Shown here: piece after piece, positions 25,755 through 39,353 of the stretch
Layout of the letters: every line of letters starts with the position of its first letter
How positions within the stretch are numbered: the first letter of the stretch is position 1
Source of the DNA: Octopus vulgaris
Taxonomy: Eukaryota
Assembly (NCBI GenBank): GCA_951406725.2
Contig: OX597823.1
Location: 12,400,001-12,464,000, forward strand
Length of the DNA stretch: 64,000 nucleotides
Direction: 5' to 3'
Notes under the pieces: generated by a model
What the model saw: the letters and a program-made list of their open reading frames with translations, nothing else
What the model was told of the DNA's origin: nothing
Database searches by the model: none
Position numbers and translations under genes: made by a program

Positions 25755-26376
25755 CGCCACCACCATCATCACCACCATTATCATTATCATCATCATCATC
25801 ATCATCACCATCATCACCATCATCATCTTCATCACCACCATCATCAACATCATCACCATCATCATCATCATCATCATCACCACCACCACCATCATCATCA
25901 ACATCATCATCATCATTATCATCATCATCATCACCATCATCATCTTCATCATCATCATCACCTTCCTCACCATCATCATCATCATCATCATCATCACCAT
26001 CATCACATAACCATCATCATCATCATCATCATCACCACCATCATCAACATCATCACCATCATCATCATCATCATCACCACCACCACCATCATCATCACCA
26101 TCATCATCATCATCATCATCACCACCACCACCATCATCATCAACATCATCATCATCATTATCATCATCATCATAACCATCATCATCTTCATCATCATCAT
26201 CACCTTCCTCACCATCATCATCATCATCATCATCATCACCATCATCACATAACCATCATCATCATCATCATCACCACCATCATCAACATCATCACCATCA
26301 TCATCATCATCATCACCACCACCACCATCATCATCACCATCATCATCATCATCATCATCACCATCATCATCATCAT

Positions 26377-26412
<36 letters not shown>

Positions 26413-26420
26413 TCATCAAC
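25755..26420. repeat. (ATC/ACC)n compound repeat with ~242-bp higher-order duplication
   Basis: landmarks CACCTTCCTCACC and CACATAACC recur 242 bp apart. Confidence 0.9.
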
Positions 26421-26849
26421 ATCGTTATTCTCCTCATCATCATCCTCATTATCATCAAAACATCTTCATGAAAACATCATCATACCATAGTTGATGACGT
26501 TCATCTGTCATCATTGTGACCCACCATTTAATCAACATCTTCATCGGCATCGTTACCTTCTCCATCATTGTTGTAGATTTGTTTTTTTTTTCTTTTTTTT
26601 CCTCATCGTCACCATCATCGTTGGTTTTGTTAATATTAGGATGTTGATACACTGTCTTTTGAAAGATTAGCAAAAAAAAAAAAAAGAAATTCAATGCTAG
26701 CAGTATTGTTGATATTGTCATTTATTTCACCATTAGACATGGCTTGATAAAATAGAAACCGATAATGGAACTTGGTTCTTTGTTGAGCTGGTTGATACAT
26801 TTCGCTTTAACGTACTTCTTGTTCAGAACTTCACTTTTCTCATTACAGA

Positions 26850-27190
26850 TGACGACAATGGCCACGTATAAAAAAGTTTGGCCGTTACAGATCAGCTATG
26901 ACATCAAATCACTAAAATATTTCATCAACTGCTCTGCTGTTTCCTCTAGACACCTATTCTATCACTACGCAGACTGGTTCCCTTCTCTGTTCTAAATACT
27001 ATCTTATCGTATACAATCTCAACTAAATCCCAGCCAAGACTTATGACTCTTCTCTCTTCATCACTCCAAGGCAACTACCACCAAAACTTCATACTAATTG
27101 CTTTAATCTCCTTTCCTCAAAAAATTAACTTTCTGGAATTCTCCACGTATTAACGTTTTTCGTCTGTCTTTCTTACAAGCGACTTTAAAA
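26850..27190 (+). pseudogene. old CR1/Jockey-group LINE 3' relic
   Basis: AVSSRHLFYHYADW and downstream FWNSP..VF motifs, similar to 14395-14650. Confidence 0.4.
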
Positions 27191-27417
27191 TATATAGAAT
27201 AATCATACAAAAGCACCGAGAGGCATAAGATATCCACGAGTATACAGTCTGTACTCTTGATTAGTCTCACCACAAAAAGATCCCCTCGATAACAATGTTG
27301 GTTAGTTGCGATGATTAGAAATTGTAGAGATCAAAATAAAAGCATCGTCGTATTTAAATTGTGTATTTAACGTTAAAATATGCAGTAGAGAAGTTCTAAG
27401 TTTGGCTTAATGTACGG

Positions 27418-28241
27418 CAATGGTTCTCAGCCGAGGTCTATATGACTCTTTGATGTCTTTATAAGATTTAGTTGTTAAAATTTGTCTTCTACAAATTTGT
27501 CATACTTCTATTGGGTCGTCCGGAAAGTTGGTGCCGATTTATAGTAGCTTAACTTTCGACTTATTTTAGAACATCGTTGAGTCCATAAAATAGGGTTTTA
27601 CAACACCTCCATTTAGAGCACAGTTTAAGCTATCTTTTCGTGGAAGAAGGTTTATGTTCCTATAACCTGTGTTAATTCAGTAACCCTTTAAAATGGAGGA
27701 TAAGAAAGTTCATTTTCGACACTTGATGCTTTGGGAACCAGACAAAAGTTGCTGCAGCTCGGGCTAGGATGTGTTACCCCCACCCTCCATATTCACCAGA
27801 TATTGCTCCTTCGGATTTCCACTTATTCGGGTCTGTGTACAATAGTCTTAATGGTAAAAATTTCAATTCCTTGGATGATGTAAAAATATATTTTGATGAA
27901 TTCTTTGCCATGAAACCACCTCAATTCTGGGAAGAGGGCATTTTCAAGTTAAAGGAAAGATGGAGACGCATTGTGCAACAAAATGGTTCATATTTGGTTG
28001 ATTAAAAATGTAACGGCAAGTATTTATTGAGCTTTTTCTTTCCTTTAAAAATCGGCATGAACTTTCCGGACAACCCAATAGAATACACAAAATATTTTAG
28101 CAACTTTTTGTAAACGATTCATAATAATATTGATAATAATAATAATACGTGAGGTTTTAAATCTCGAATGACAAGGAGGGTCCATTCGATTAAAATAGAA
28201 ATAAAAGTGGGCACTAGTAAAAAAATGTTTGTGGAACACGG
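27418..28241. mobile_element. hAT-type MITE with 8-bp TSD, interrupted by a mariner
   Basis: ends CAATGGTTCTCAGCC / GTTTGTGGAACACGG; TSD ATGTACGG (27410-27417) / ATGTATGG (28242-28249). Confidence 0.75.
27511..28078 (+). mobile_element. internally deleted mariner nested in the hAT MITE
   Basis: TIRs with TA TSD; ORF 27769-28005 PHPPYSPDIAPSDFHLF...FWEEGIFKLKERWRRIVQQNGSY is the mariner C-terminus. Confidence 0.93.
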
Positions 28242-29156
28242 ATGTATGGTAACCATTCCACTTCATCGATAGTGAATATCCATTACATAGAATACGGCTT
28301 TAAATTGTTAACAAATCGACCAAGAACCCTTTTTTGACTGCTTCTCGACCTTCAAGAAACAGTAGGCGAATATCCTTATCATGCTCCCTGGAAAAAGGGA
28401 AAATTGCAGAAATAGAACTTTGATTAAAGACCTGTTCGGTGGGGGAGGGTCTGACATGGAGCTAAGCCACAATAGCTAATGCTTTACGATATCGAATACG
28501 ATATTCTCCACTCCGTTCTCCAGCCATTTTGGATTGTCAAAAATCGTCAGAAACGTTAGAGAAACAAATAGAATATCTTCTAGTATTTAGATATGTCTCT
28601 TTAATTTCGAAGTCTAAATACTGAGACGCTAACATTACTTTTTATCCTTTCAAGTTCGATAAAATAAGTTAGCAGTCACGTACTTGCATCGATAGAATGG
28701 GCTGTTACCAACACACAAATGTTTCTGGTTTTGTGCTTGTGTAGGAAATCATTAGCTTACCGTTTAGGCTTAATCAATTTCTTAAAAATGATTTTAATAA
28801 TAATAAAAATTAAATGTCAATATTAGTTTTTTTCCCTCTCTTTCCTTACCTAGAGATCGCCATTAAAAATCAAACTTGCTTCCCCCTCACGAAGGGTATA
28901 ACTGCAATTTAATTTCTTTGCATTGTTATATTAAGAATGATAGCAATAACTTTACTGTTTACCTTCCATGCAGCAGGCGTCTCTGTGTATTCCACTTATC
29001 AGTAAGATACAGAAGTGATTGATATATCTTCGTATCATACTTATCAGTAAGATACAGAAGATATATCAATCACCATCTTCCTCTGTACATTGTTGCTTTA
29101 TGACGAGCAAGAGACAAAACAACGACGGCAACAACAACAACACCACCAACAACAAA

Positions 29157-29220
<64 letters not shown>

Positions 29221-29392
29221 GTTAATAATGTGATAATGTATTCGTACTTTTGCCGTTGCTCTGTATGCTTCTGTATGTGATGTGATGTGCGTGCTTGTGT
29301 ATTCATGCATGTATGTATGTATGTATGTATGTATGTATGTATGTATGTATGTATGTATGTATGTATGTATGTATGTATGTATGTATGTGTGC

Positions 29393-29453
<61 letters not shown>

Positions 29454-29583
29454 TGTGCGTGTGTGCGTACCTGTATTCCATGCTAGTCGATAATCTATTT
29501 CAGAACATAAAATATATCGGATAAACTAATTCTACCACCATTGGATATATATTTGAACATAGCCACGCGATATACTCGCATCA

Positions 29584-29631
<48 letters not shown>

Positions 29632-30474
29632 TATGCGTATGAACGCATGCAAGTATACATACATACATGCACACACACACATATACATATATATTATAAA
29701 CAAACTAACATATGTATACACACAAATATATATGCATACACACACACACATACATATGTATGTAAATACATACTCACACACACATATATATGCATGTAAG
29801 TACATACACACGCACATACACATACACACGCGCAGACACGTATATATCTATACAGAGGTAGACAGATAGAGAGAGAGAGAGGGAGAAAGAGAGCGACAGA
29901 GACAAGAGGAACACATGCACACTCCCTCACGTGCCGTATACATGCAGGTATAGGCACACACATGAATATGCATATATGCACGCCTCAGCCTGCAAACGGC
30001 ACCACCCGTCCAATGTAACACAAACTTACATAGATTACAATTTCACTTTATTAAAATTTCCTTCAGTGAAACTAAGTTTCTACTCTTCTTTGTTAAATCT
30101 TCATATTTTACTAAAAAAGAAACAGGCAGAACGAGGGAAAAATGAAAGAATTAATGCAAAAATAAAATAGAAATAAAATTGCAAAAAAAAAATAAAATAA
30201 AATTCTGCGAAAAATATTAAACCACAATCCATCATCGAATACGACAGTTCTTTACGTTCACTTATGGAAATCAGCCACACATTCATGTTAATACACATTC
30301 AAACACACACACACACACACACATACTCGCGCACACATCCTCCCCCCTCACACGCACACGCACAATTATTTTACATATATTATACTATATAACTGTGCGC
30401 GTGTGTGCATGATATATAATATATATAATATAATATAATATATATAATATTGCATTTATATAATTATACTATAC

Positions 30475-30542
<68 letters not shown>

Positions 30543-30611
30543 GTATATATATATATATACATACATATATATATATATGTATGTATTTATATATATATAT
30601 ATATATGTATG

Positions 30612-30696
<85 letters not shown>

Positions 30697-30727
30697 ATGT
30701 ATGCCTAACATAATATGATATATATAA

Positions 30728-30794
<67 letters not shown>

Positions 30795-31224
30795 TGATAG
30801 GAGATAGACATGCCCACACGTATGAATGTGGACACACTATTTGCGCATATCTTGATTAGATTCTTACAAATGGTAAAACGCTCGTCTTTTTCTTGTATTA
30901 GCTATTGCTAAGAGTACGAACACCACCGCCGTACACCGTCACCAACACCACCACCACCACCACCACCACCACGACCACCACCACAGAAAAATAAAAAAGA
31001 TAACGATTACGTAAATCAGTATAGACATACATATATAAAAAAGTGAGAGAGGGGGGGTGGAGAAACAGACCGACGGACAGACGGACGGACAGACAGAATG
31101 ACAGAGAGTGATATACAGTACACATACACGCCATCTTGCCGACGTACGCACGCAAACATTCACTGCTGCTACTACTACTACTACTACTACCACTACCACC
31201 ACCACCACCACCACCACCACCACC

Positions 31225-31290
<66 letters not shown>

Positions 31291-31438
31291 GTAGCGTGAA
31301 GGCAACACAGCTAGCTTTGTAAGAACAATTGTATTAATAAGTACATCCAATCTACTTCGCACGCTGAGATTTTTTCCTTTTCTTTTTTTTTTTTTAATCG
31401 GATAAGCAACAATTTCTATGTCTATGTGCGTGTGAGTA

Positions 31439-31477
<39 letters not shown>

Positions 31478-31556
31478 TGTATGTATGTATAAATATGTAT
31501 ATCTACTTATATATATATATATTTATATATATTTATACATACATACATATATATTT

Positions 31557-31626
<70 letters not shown>

Positions 31627-31627
31627 G

Positions 31628-31841
31628 TACTTGTTTCAGTCATTTGACTGCGGCCATGCTGGAGCACCGCCTTTTAGAGTGGTGAAATAGTACAGCAGGG
31701 ATCACCACCTCCTGCCGGAGCCTCGTGGAGCTTTTAGGTGTTTTCGCTCAATAAACACACACAACGCCCGGTCTGTGAATCGAAACCGCGATCCTCCGAC
31801 CGCAAGTCCGCTGCCCTAACCACTAGGCCATTGCGCCTCCA
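31628..31841 (-). mobile_element. chimeric SINE: S2 head joined to S1 3' tail plus poly(A)
   Basis: 31680-31841 is the S2 head; 31628-31675 is the S1 tail; poly-T tract 31599-31626. Confidence 0.7.
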
Positions 31842-31889
31842 TATATAAATGCATCTATATATCTATATATATACATATATAAATGCATC

Positions 31890-31972
<83 letters not shown>

Positions 31973-32177
31973 TGCATTTATATATGTATACGTTAACACA
32001 TTGTCATTGAATGCATAGTTATGCAAATTAAACTGATAAATTTAACTGAAAACTGGTTTGCATCAGGTAAAAGTAACTACGAGCTGCTACTCTCTCCTAG
32101 GACATAAAAATACATATTCTTTCTAGAGCACCAACTGTCAACACTACGCAAGATTAAACAACCCAGATGACAGGCCA

Positions 32178-35100
32178 TACATACATACATTCTTTTACTC
32201 TTTTCTGCGTTGCAGCCCGAAGGGTAATGCCATGCTGATGTAACGCCCTTATCACTTTTTCAATAGTCATTCTTTTGTGATTGACTTTTGATGAATGATG
32301 GAGTTCAATATTGCTTCTCTCTTAGCTCTCTTGGCGTTTCTTGCCATCATGCAGTTTCATCTAGGAATTTGGACAAGTGGAGGCCAAGTTATTTCTTTGC
32401 ACAGCTATCCGAACTCCATCTAGAATTCTCAGATATTTTGACAAGATATTAAACAGCTGTGAGCCTTTGAATCCGAAGCTGTAGAGTTCTCACTCTACAC
32501 GGTATGGGTTGGACCTTCGGAACAGCGAAGTGACGTCCAGTTCGGAGGGTTGGTATAATACTCGATGCCAAAGTTTCGTGCCAAGCTCTCTAGAATATAC
32601 TCTAGAAGAGTATATCACCACATATCTCTCTAGTCTTCACTCCAATAATTACAGTTGTAACTTCTACAGTCTCTTCCAGTAATTCAGCTATTCCACTGAT
32701 GCAATCTTCCTGGTGTAGAAACTGCATCAAGTTTCGTTATTAATTTGACTCTGTTGTTTGGCCACACTTGAGAGCAGTGGTCTATTGCCACTACCTTGGT
32801 GATACGTAGATGAAATGAGGCGTTGTTGCTTATATCAATTCACAGATTAAGAACTGTATTTGACTCTAGGATTGCTAATCCTTTTGCTCCAATGTGTCTT
32901 CATTACGGTATGTTAGCGCAACCTGGCTGATATCAGAAGGGTTAGAATTTTCGTGCATTAGATTGCATGTTGTGTTCTTCAGCCCATTTATATAGGTCTT
33001 TCCGTAGAAGATTAGCATCAAAAGGTTCCTTGACAGCTTGTACAACTTTTGAGTTGGCGGCATTGATTGTAAGTTGTGGCTGTCTTTGTAACTGATGGCA
33101 TGTCTGAAAAAGCTGTCAAAAAGCAGTAGCCCCAAGACAGTCTCCTTAGATACATCACTCGCTATTACTGCCTCCTTAGAGAAGGCCCCATTGCCTTCCA
33201 CAGCTTGACTTCTGTCTTTTAAGAAGTCATATAATCATTCTCCCAGTTTTCCGACTATGCCGAGTTTCCTTACTCAAAGGCCTTTGCAAAATCATGATAT
33301 ATCACATCCATGTTTGAGCGATTCATCATTTGTTTCAACACCCAATCACAATGATACAGAAGCTATGTAAGGAAGCTTCTTCCTGAGCGGAAGTCATGCT
33401 GGATGTCAAGGAGCAAATCATTATAGTCTAGGAACGTAAATAGCTTCCTTCTGAGAATGCGCTCCATGACTTTGCTGACATGTGAGATTAAGGAGACAGG
33501 CTTATAATGTTTAGCATCCGTTCTGCTACTTCCTTTATGAATAGAACATATCTCTTGTTTTAACGTTTTGAGAAGCTTCCCATTTGTTAAAAAGTTTTAG
33601 AAGAGGATCGGTAGTGGCTTGCTAGATCCCCTTTGCCTTTCTTTACGCAGATTGCTGGTAATCCATCAGGGTCTATGGCTGAGTTTAAGCTCATTTCATC
33701 AATGTCTGATATTAAACTGGTTTCCTATAATTCATTCTGATCAATAATTGCCAGCTCTTTGTGTAGAGCTGTCGTGCCGAAGAACTCATCTGGCGGAACT
33801 ATTTGCAGATGGCCCGACGGAGTTGTGAAAATACTTTTACATTGCAATGGGGTAGGGTGGCTGCAGTCACTGAGCAATTTTCTTCGAACAATGGCCTTTG
33901 TACTGTACTGAAGCAGATGTTTGTAAGTCTACACAAGGTATTGGGGCTCGTCTTTACACTTTTTATAGCCCTTGTTTCTTTTTCTGTCCTTTTAATGGAA
34001 TGCTTGAGTTCACTTTCAATCTTAAGCAATGTTTGATTGAGATAAGATTCTCCACTATCCTTTACTGGTTTATTTAAAATCCCTGGAAATTAAATTTTCA
34101 TATCGGTTTGAAATTCTCTCTGGAGCAAACTTACTGCATATGCCGTGCATGTTAAAAAGTGATGTAGCTTTATGTTAACATATTGCGTAGAAAGACAGGT
34201 AGACTAGTTTTGTTCAATACTTCATTCTAAATACCTTTCTAGTCAACATTATGAATGTTCAAGCTGGAAAGGAGTTGGATGTTTCTTGTAGCTTGCATGT
34301 CTGCAGTTTTCTGTGGACTACTAAATTATGAAAAGTGTTTGGTGTCACCATAGCATTATACATGAGCGCCGTGTCGTTTGTGAAGTAGTGGTCCAGAACA
34401 GTTTTGCTCTTTCTTAGGTGCAGTACTGTTTACTCTATGAATACCATGTTTGTGAGGTCAAGTGGAGAATTTACTTATGCAGTGCATACCTGAGAGAAAG
34501 CAGCCCTCAGGCCATTTGACTTTAAGGCAATTGAAGTCTCCTAGAAGTATATAAAGTCTCTCATCTAGGTTGTTTAATATTCTTTCCATCTTTTTGAAGC
34601 TTTCTTCGAATGAGTGTCCTCGATTTAAAGCATCTGGTGGGCGATGTATACTACATATCATTTTGATCTGTTTAATGTGTAATGTGTACTACAAAAGTAT
34701 CACAAACTAAGTGTGAGTGTAACAGCAAAAGTACATCTTTCCGGACATTACATTGCAGATCCATTTCTCTCTCACTAGTGAGTTCGAAATACCACATATT
34801 TTGGTATGTGTACTTCGGCTTCTGCCACGTCAGCGGTCAAATGTTTCTTTTAGAGCCATGTATATTGCTTGATTACATGTAAGTCTCTCAAATATGGATT
34901 TTTGTGCTGGTGGGATCTCACAAGACCCTTGGCATTCTGTAGGAATACTGGAGTATCGGTAGTGACCACTGCTTTGATATTTGTAGAGGTGCCAGTGGTG
35001 GTCACCTTGGATCTTTTGATGGTTTTGGTGATCTTAAGTGCTGATACATGTTTCTTTGACTTAACGTCTGATAAAACAAGTTAATCTGCCTGATTATTCT

Positions 35101-35550
35101 CTGTGCCATTTCCCGTGAAGAATACTGTTCAACAGCTTCTGTCTGCATTGAGGTTACATAGCTTTTTCTTAAGAACAGTATGTGGACGGTCCACATATTT
35201 CCAAGGCATAGATCTTGTGGCTTGATCTTTTGACCTTGTTGATCCTGATGAAAGTTTTGCCTCCTCGAGAACAGTTCACCCTGGCTTTAGGGTGAGCGAA
35301 ACGGGTACCGTCACATGAGATTTGGGATGAGAAAATCCACAACCTGTCTCAATATCTCTGTGCCAGCAGGTACTATTTGCAAAGAACTTTTAGACTGTTT
35401 TTTTTTTCAAAACCTATGTTTTCACAAGTTCTACCTCTTTTCCTTTTTGAGTCCGCCTTGACCCCACAGTCGTTCAGAGTGGTGATATTTGCTTAGTTGT
35501 GTTCCGCTCTTACAACATAAAATGACGTAGTGAGCAGCAAGATACGAGAG
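32178..35550 (-). mobile_element. decayed APE-type LINE (CR1/L2/Jockey group) with ORF1, endonuclease and RT relics
   Basis: minus frames: ICSIHRPP, ILLGDFN, YKPVSLISHVSKVMERILRRKL, QHDFRSGRS, DFAKAF, LGLLLF; Cys/His-rich ORF1 relic ~35100-35390; (ATGT)n tail at 32178-32190; many stops and frameshifts. Confidence 0.85.
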
Positions 35551-36063
35551 TGAAGTAGAGAGGTAGTCAGGAAAAGCAGAAAGAGAAAGAGCGTGAGAGA
35601 TAAATGTAAATGGAAATACAGAGACAGGGAGAGAAAAATGTAGAGATGAAAGAAACAGAGAGATAAATCAATATAAATAGAAATGAAGAGATCGAGGGAT
35701 CGATGTCATTAAAGAGAGATCAATGTAGATATAAATGAAGAGGTGTAAAAAGAGGTAGAGAGGGAAGACGAGGAAATAAGAAAGAGTGAAAAGGTTAGAG
35801 AAATAGATAAATGTAAATATAAATAGAGATAAAGGCACAACTCAGAGACATCGATAGAAATTTAATCCAACGCCAGAGAGTAACAAGGAAGGCAGAAAAA
35901 AGAAAAGAAACTTTATTTCTATTATCTTGATATTGGCCAGGTTAAAATAAAATAAAATTCTCCAATCTCGGTGGACTTGCCCAGATTCAATGATGTAACC
36001 TACGTGATTTGTTATCGAAAAATATAAACAAATTTCAGCGTCCAGAACGTCTTATATTTGATA

Positions 36064-36463
36064 CTAGCAGTATCGCCCGGCGTTGCTTGGGTTTGTAAGG
36101 GAAATAACTATATAAGCATTTTTAGAGATGTATAGTATAATAGCCATCTCAATATGGTTAACCACAAAGGGGGAGGGGGTGTTACTGTAGCTTTTTACGT
36201 TCTGAGATTTAATAATACATCTTTAGAGCATTACTTCCCTTATATATGCCAAAAATGCATTAAAAATGGGAAAAATTGATGGTAAATTATTTTTAAAATC
36301 GTAGACTCATCGTAGACGCGCACTAATACCCAGAAGGGCTCGATATGAATCACGACTATAAGATACCCGGTTTTGGTTAAACTGCACCGCAAAATGTGAG
36401 AGTAGTTAGGAATCTAAATCGTAGTAGACAGACAGCACACAACCTCTCTTTTATATATAAAGA
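36064..36463 (-). mobile_element. non-autonomous Helitron
   Basis: minus strand starts TC(TTTATATATAAAAG), ends CCCAAGCAACGCCGGG hairpin + ACTGCTAG, inserted between A and T, no TSD. Confidence 0.75.
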
Positions 36464-37152
36464 TATTTGCGCAGCAATGTACAAAATCGCATACAAACAT
36501 TTGACTCATACAAGTTGAAAAAGTTACGACCATAATTTCTCAGATAAAAGTACATTCAAACGTAGATATCAAGTTATATTTACACAACTACATGGTGAGA
36601 CGACCTTGATCTTTTGATGTCGGAAAATTCCTTATAACTGCGTAACGGGTGATCGAATTAAAATATTTCTTAATTATGGTATATTGGTGGTAATATATTT
36701 CAACCAAAAACCACTTACATTTCAGCTCACTTCGATCTAATTGAAAATTCTTTCGGTCTTCCAGGGCTTTAACTTGACACGCTTCAACAAACTGGCACCG
36801 TATTATATGTGTGTGTCTGTGTGTGTGTGTATATATATATATATACGTGTATCCTTTTACACATTTATTATATATGTATCTTTACATATATACATGTATG
36901 TATATATCCATACATGCATACACATATGTATGCAAATATATGCATGTATATATGTATGTATACAGGTTTGGCAGGGTGAAGAGGATAAATAGAACCCAAA
37001 ACATGAGCATATATGTATTTTTTATTCAAATTGGCAAATGTAGCAGAGTGGTTTAGGGCGCGAGAATTTGGTGCGCTAGCACCTACCAAAGTGCTAAAAT
37101 ATGAAAATCTCGTTCCTTGAATCACACTGTTACTTCTGCCAAATATTATTAT

Positions 37153-37220
<68 letters not shown>

Positions 37221-37260
37221 TTACTATTATTATTATTATTATTATTATAATTATTTCTGA

Positions 37261-37530
37261 GTGAGAGACCAGCACATGACTTCAAAATGACACTGTGGTA
37301 AAATATACGAAGCCCAGTACCATGACTACACGTCTGATAAGAGTACACCAAGCACATGCATCACAACCATATGTGTGCGACATAGTGATCTCATATCAAG
37401 ATAAACAGCACATGACTATGGAGGTGGGGTTCAGTTAGAATTTTCTTCAGGTCGAGTACCCCATCTCGCTCAAACATTTGTTTAAGGATGTTGAACGAAA
37501 TATCCATGTTTCCAAATGTGAATTATTCAA
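37261..37530 (-). mobile_element. 3' half of the TAA-associated non-coding repeat
   Basis: reverse complement of ~38750-39037; abuts (TTA)/(CTA) tract. Confidence 0.75.
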
Positions 37531-37539
37531 AGTATATCC

Positions 37540-38528
37540 AACAATAAATTCAGTAACTTAGGTCTGACATCGAATGTTAAAAAAAACCTTAAGCTTGACC
37601 AGAATATCAAACCAACAAAAATCCGAAAATTAAAGAAAAAGTATATGAAAACCATACTTGACATCGATACTACCATAGAAACTATCAAGCAAAAGGTATC
37701 TGCTAAAGCTGCCCGCATAGCAAGGTATGAAAAGCGCGCTAGGTTCTACAGAGCATCTCAACAAGCATGATAGTGCAGCATAGTATATTCACTGGGTAAT
37801 TGGCTAAGACGTAGACCTGCTCCATGATAAAAATTGGTGGGAACACAAACCACCTCCAGTACTTAAAAATTATCATATCTCACTCTTTGGAACGTTACTC
37901 TTCAAACTAACAGAATGGCAGATGCAAATAGGCCAGACAAAATATGGAATGATTTCAGACAAAAATCATGCCTCTCCATCGATATGACTGTCCCAATCGA
38001 CATAAATTCCTCAGTCAAGACCTACCAAAAACTGAGCAAGTATAAAGACCTTGAAATAGAAATTGACAAAAGTTGGACTAAACGAATACCTGCTGTGATA
38101 GGTGCCCAAGGAATGATAGCAAAAGTGTCAGATTGCTACCTAGCTTACATAATAGTAAATCCCAAAATAGAAGAATTTTTTAAAAAATAGTACTCATGGG
38201 AACTTTCCCTATCCTACATGAAATATTGTCTGTGTGACGCCCAAAATATTTGAATCCATGAAGAGTGTTAAAATAGTTTTCAATGTATATAACAGTAAAC
38301 ACCTATTTACTGTCATCTTAATATCAGACTATCATCTAATCAAATAACTTTTAAAACAAACTTCTAATTTATTTATGTTTTGACAGACATTCTCTAAAAA
38401 CATATTCTGTGGAAAAACAAAAATATGGCACCCCAGTCATAACACCAACTTGAACTTCTAACTTGTTGTTTCTTGAGTCTCTGCATGAGCCTTGGATTCA
38501 ACTTGTACGCTTACAAAACAAAAGCAAG
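37540..38528 (+). mobile_element. R4/Dong-type LINE copy with the RT domain deleted
   Basis: ETIKQKVSAKAARIARYEKRARFYR (pre-RT region) joined at ~37750 to sequence homologous to 280-960 (ORF 37915-38190 DANRPD...IDMTVPIDIN...KYKDLEIEI). Confidence 0.8.
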
Positions 38529-39037
38529 CACTGGCTCTCATGGCTTCTCTTCTTAACTGATTGGAAGTGTTATCATGTACATTGTTTTGTCTTGGTATAT
38601 AAGATGGACTACAGCAAATGTTCTGCTCCATATCACGCATTAACCAGTTGAGCATGTCCCTTAGTAGCTGATGATATGTGTATCGCTGATCATGAGCGGA
38701 AATAACGGGGATACATCATAGCCATGTGATCAGAGGAATTCTCTGGGGTTTGAATACTTCACATCCGGAAACATGGGTGCTTTGTTCAACCTCTTTAAAC
38801 AAACTTCATTCAGGGAAATTTTGAGTGGGATAGGCCACTCAACACGAAGAAAATTCTGTGTCCCACCTGCAAAAGCATGCACTGTTTATCTTGATATGAG
38901 ATCACCATGTCGCGCACATATGGTTGTAATACATGTGCCTGATGTACCTTTATCAGACGGGTAGTCGTGATGGGTATATTATGCTTCATATATTTTACCC
39001 CAGTGTCACTTTGATGGTATGCACTGCTCGCTCAATC
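38529..39037 (+). mobile_element. TAA-associated non-coding repeat, nearly complete copy
   Basis: overlaps homology with both 1314-1483 and 37261-37530; ends in AATAATAAT. Confidence 0.75.
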
Positions 39038-39123
39038 AATAATAATCGTAATAATAATATATATCTATATATTCCTCTTTCTCTCTCTCACTCACTCTCT
39101 CTCTCTCTCTCTCTCTCTCTACT

Positions 39124-39185
<62 letters not shown>

Positions 39186-39308
39186 AATAGGTAGATAAAT
39201 AGAGTTAGAGTATATAGATAGATATGACCGGTCATATCAATGTTTTATTTATATACTCTACTGCTCTATAATTTAAAGTGTGCTTCTTTTTCGGATTTAT
39301 GATTTACT

Positions 39309-39353
<45 letters not shown>

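Noticed and set aside
25728-26248. Met-rich ORFs and apparent poly-His on the other strand
   Set aside because: ATC/ACC trinucleotide repeat artefact
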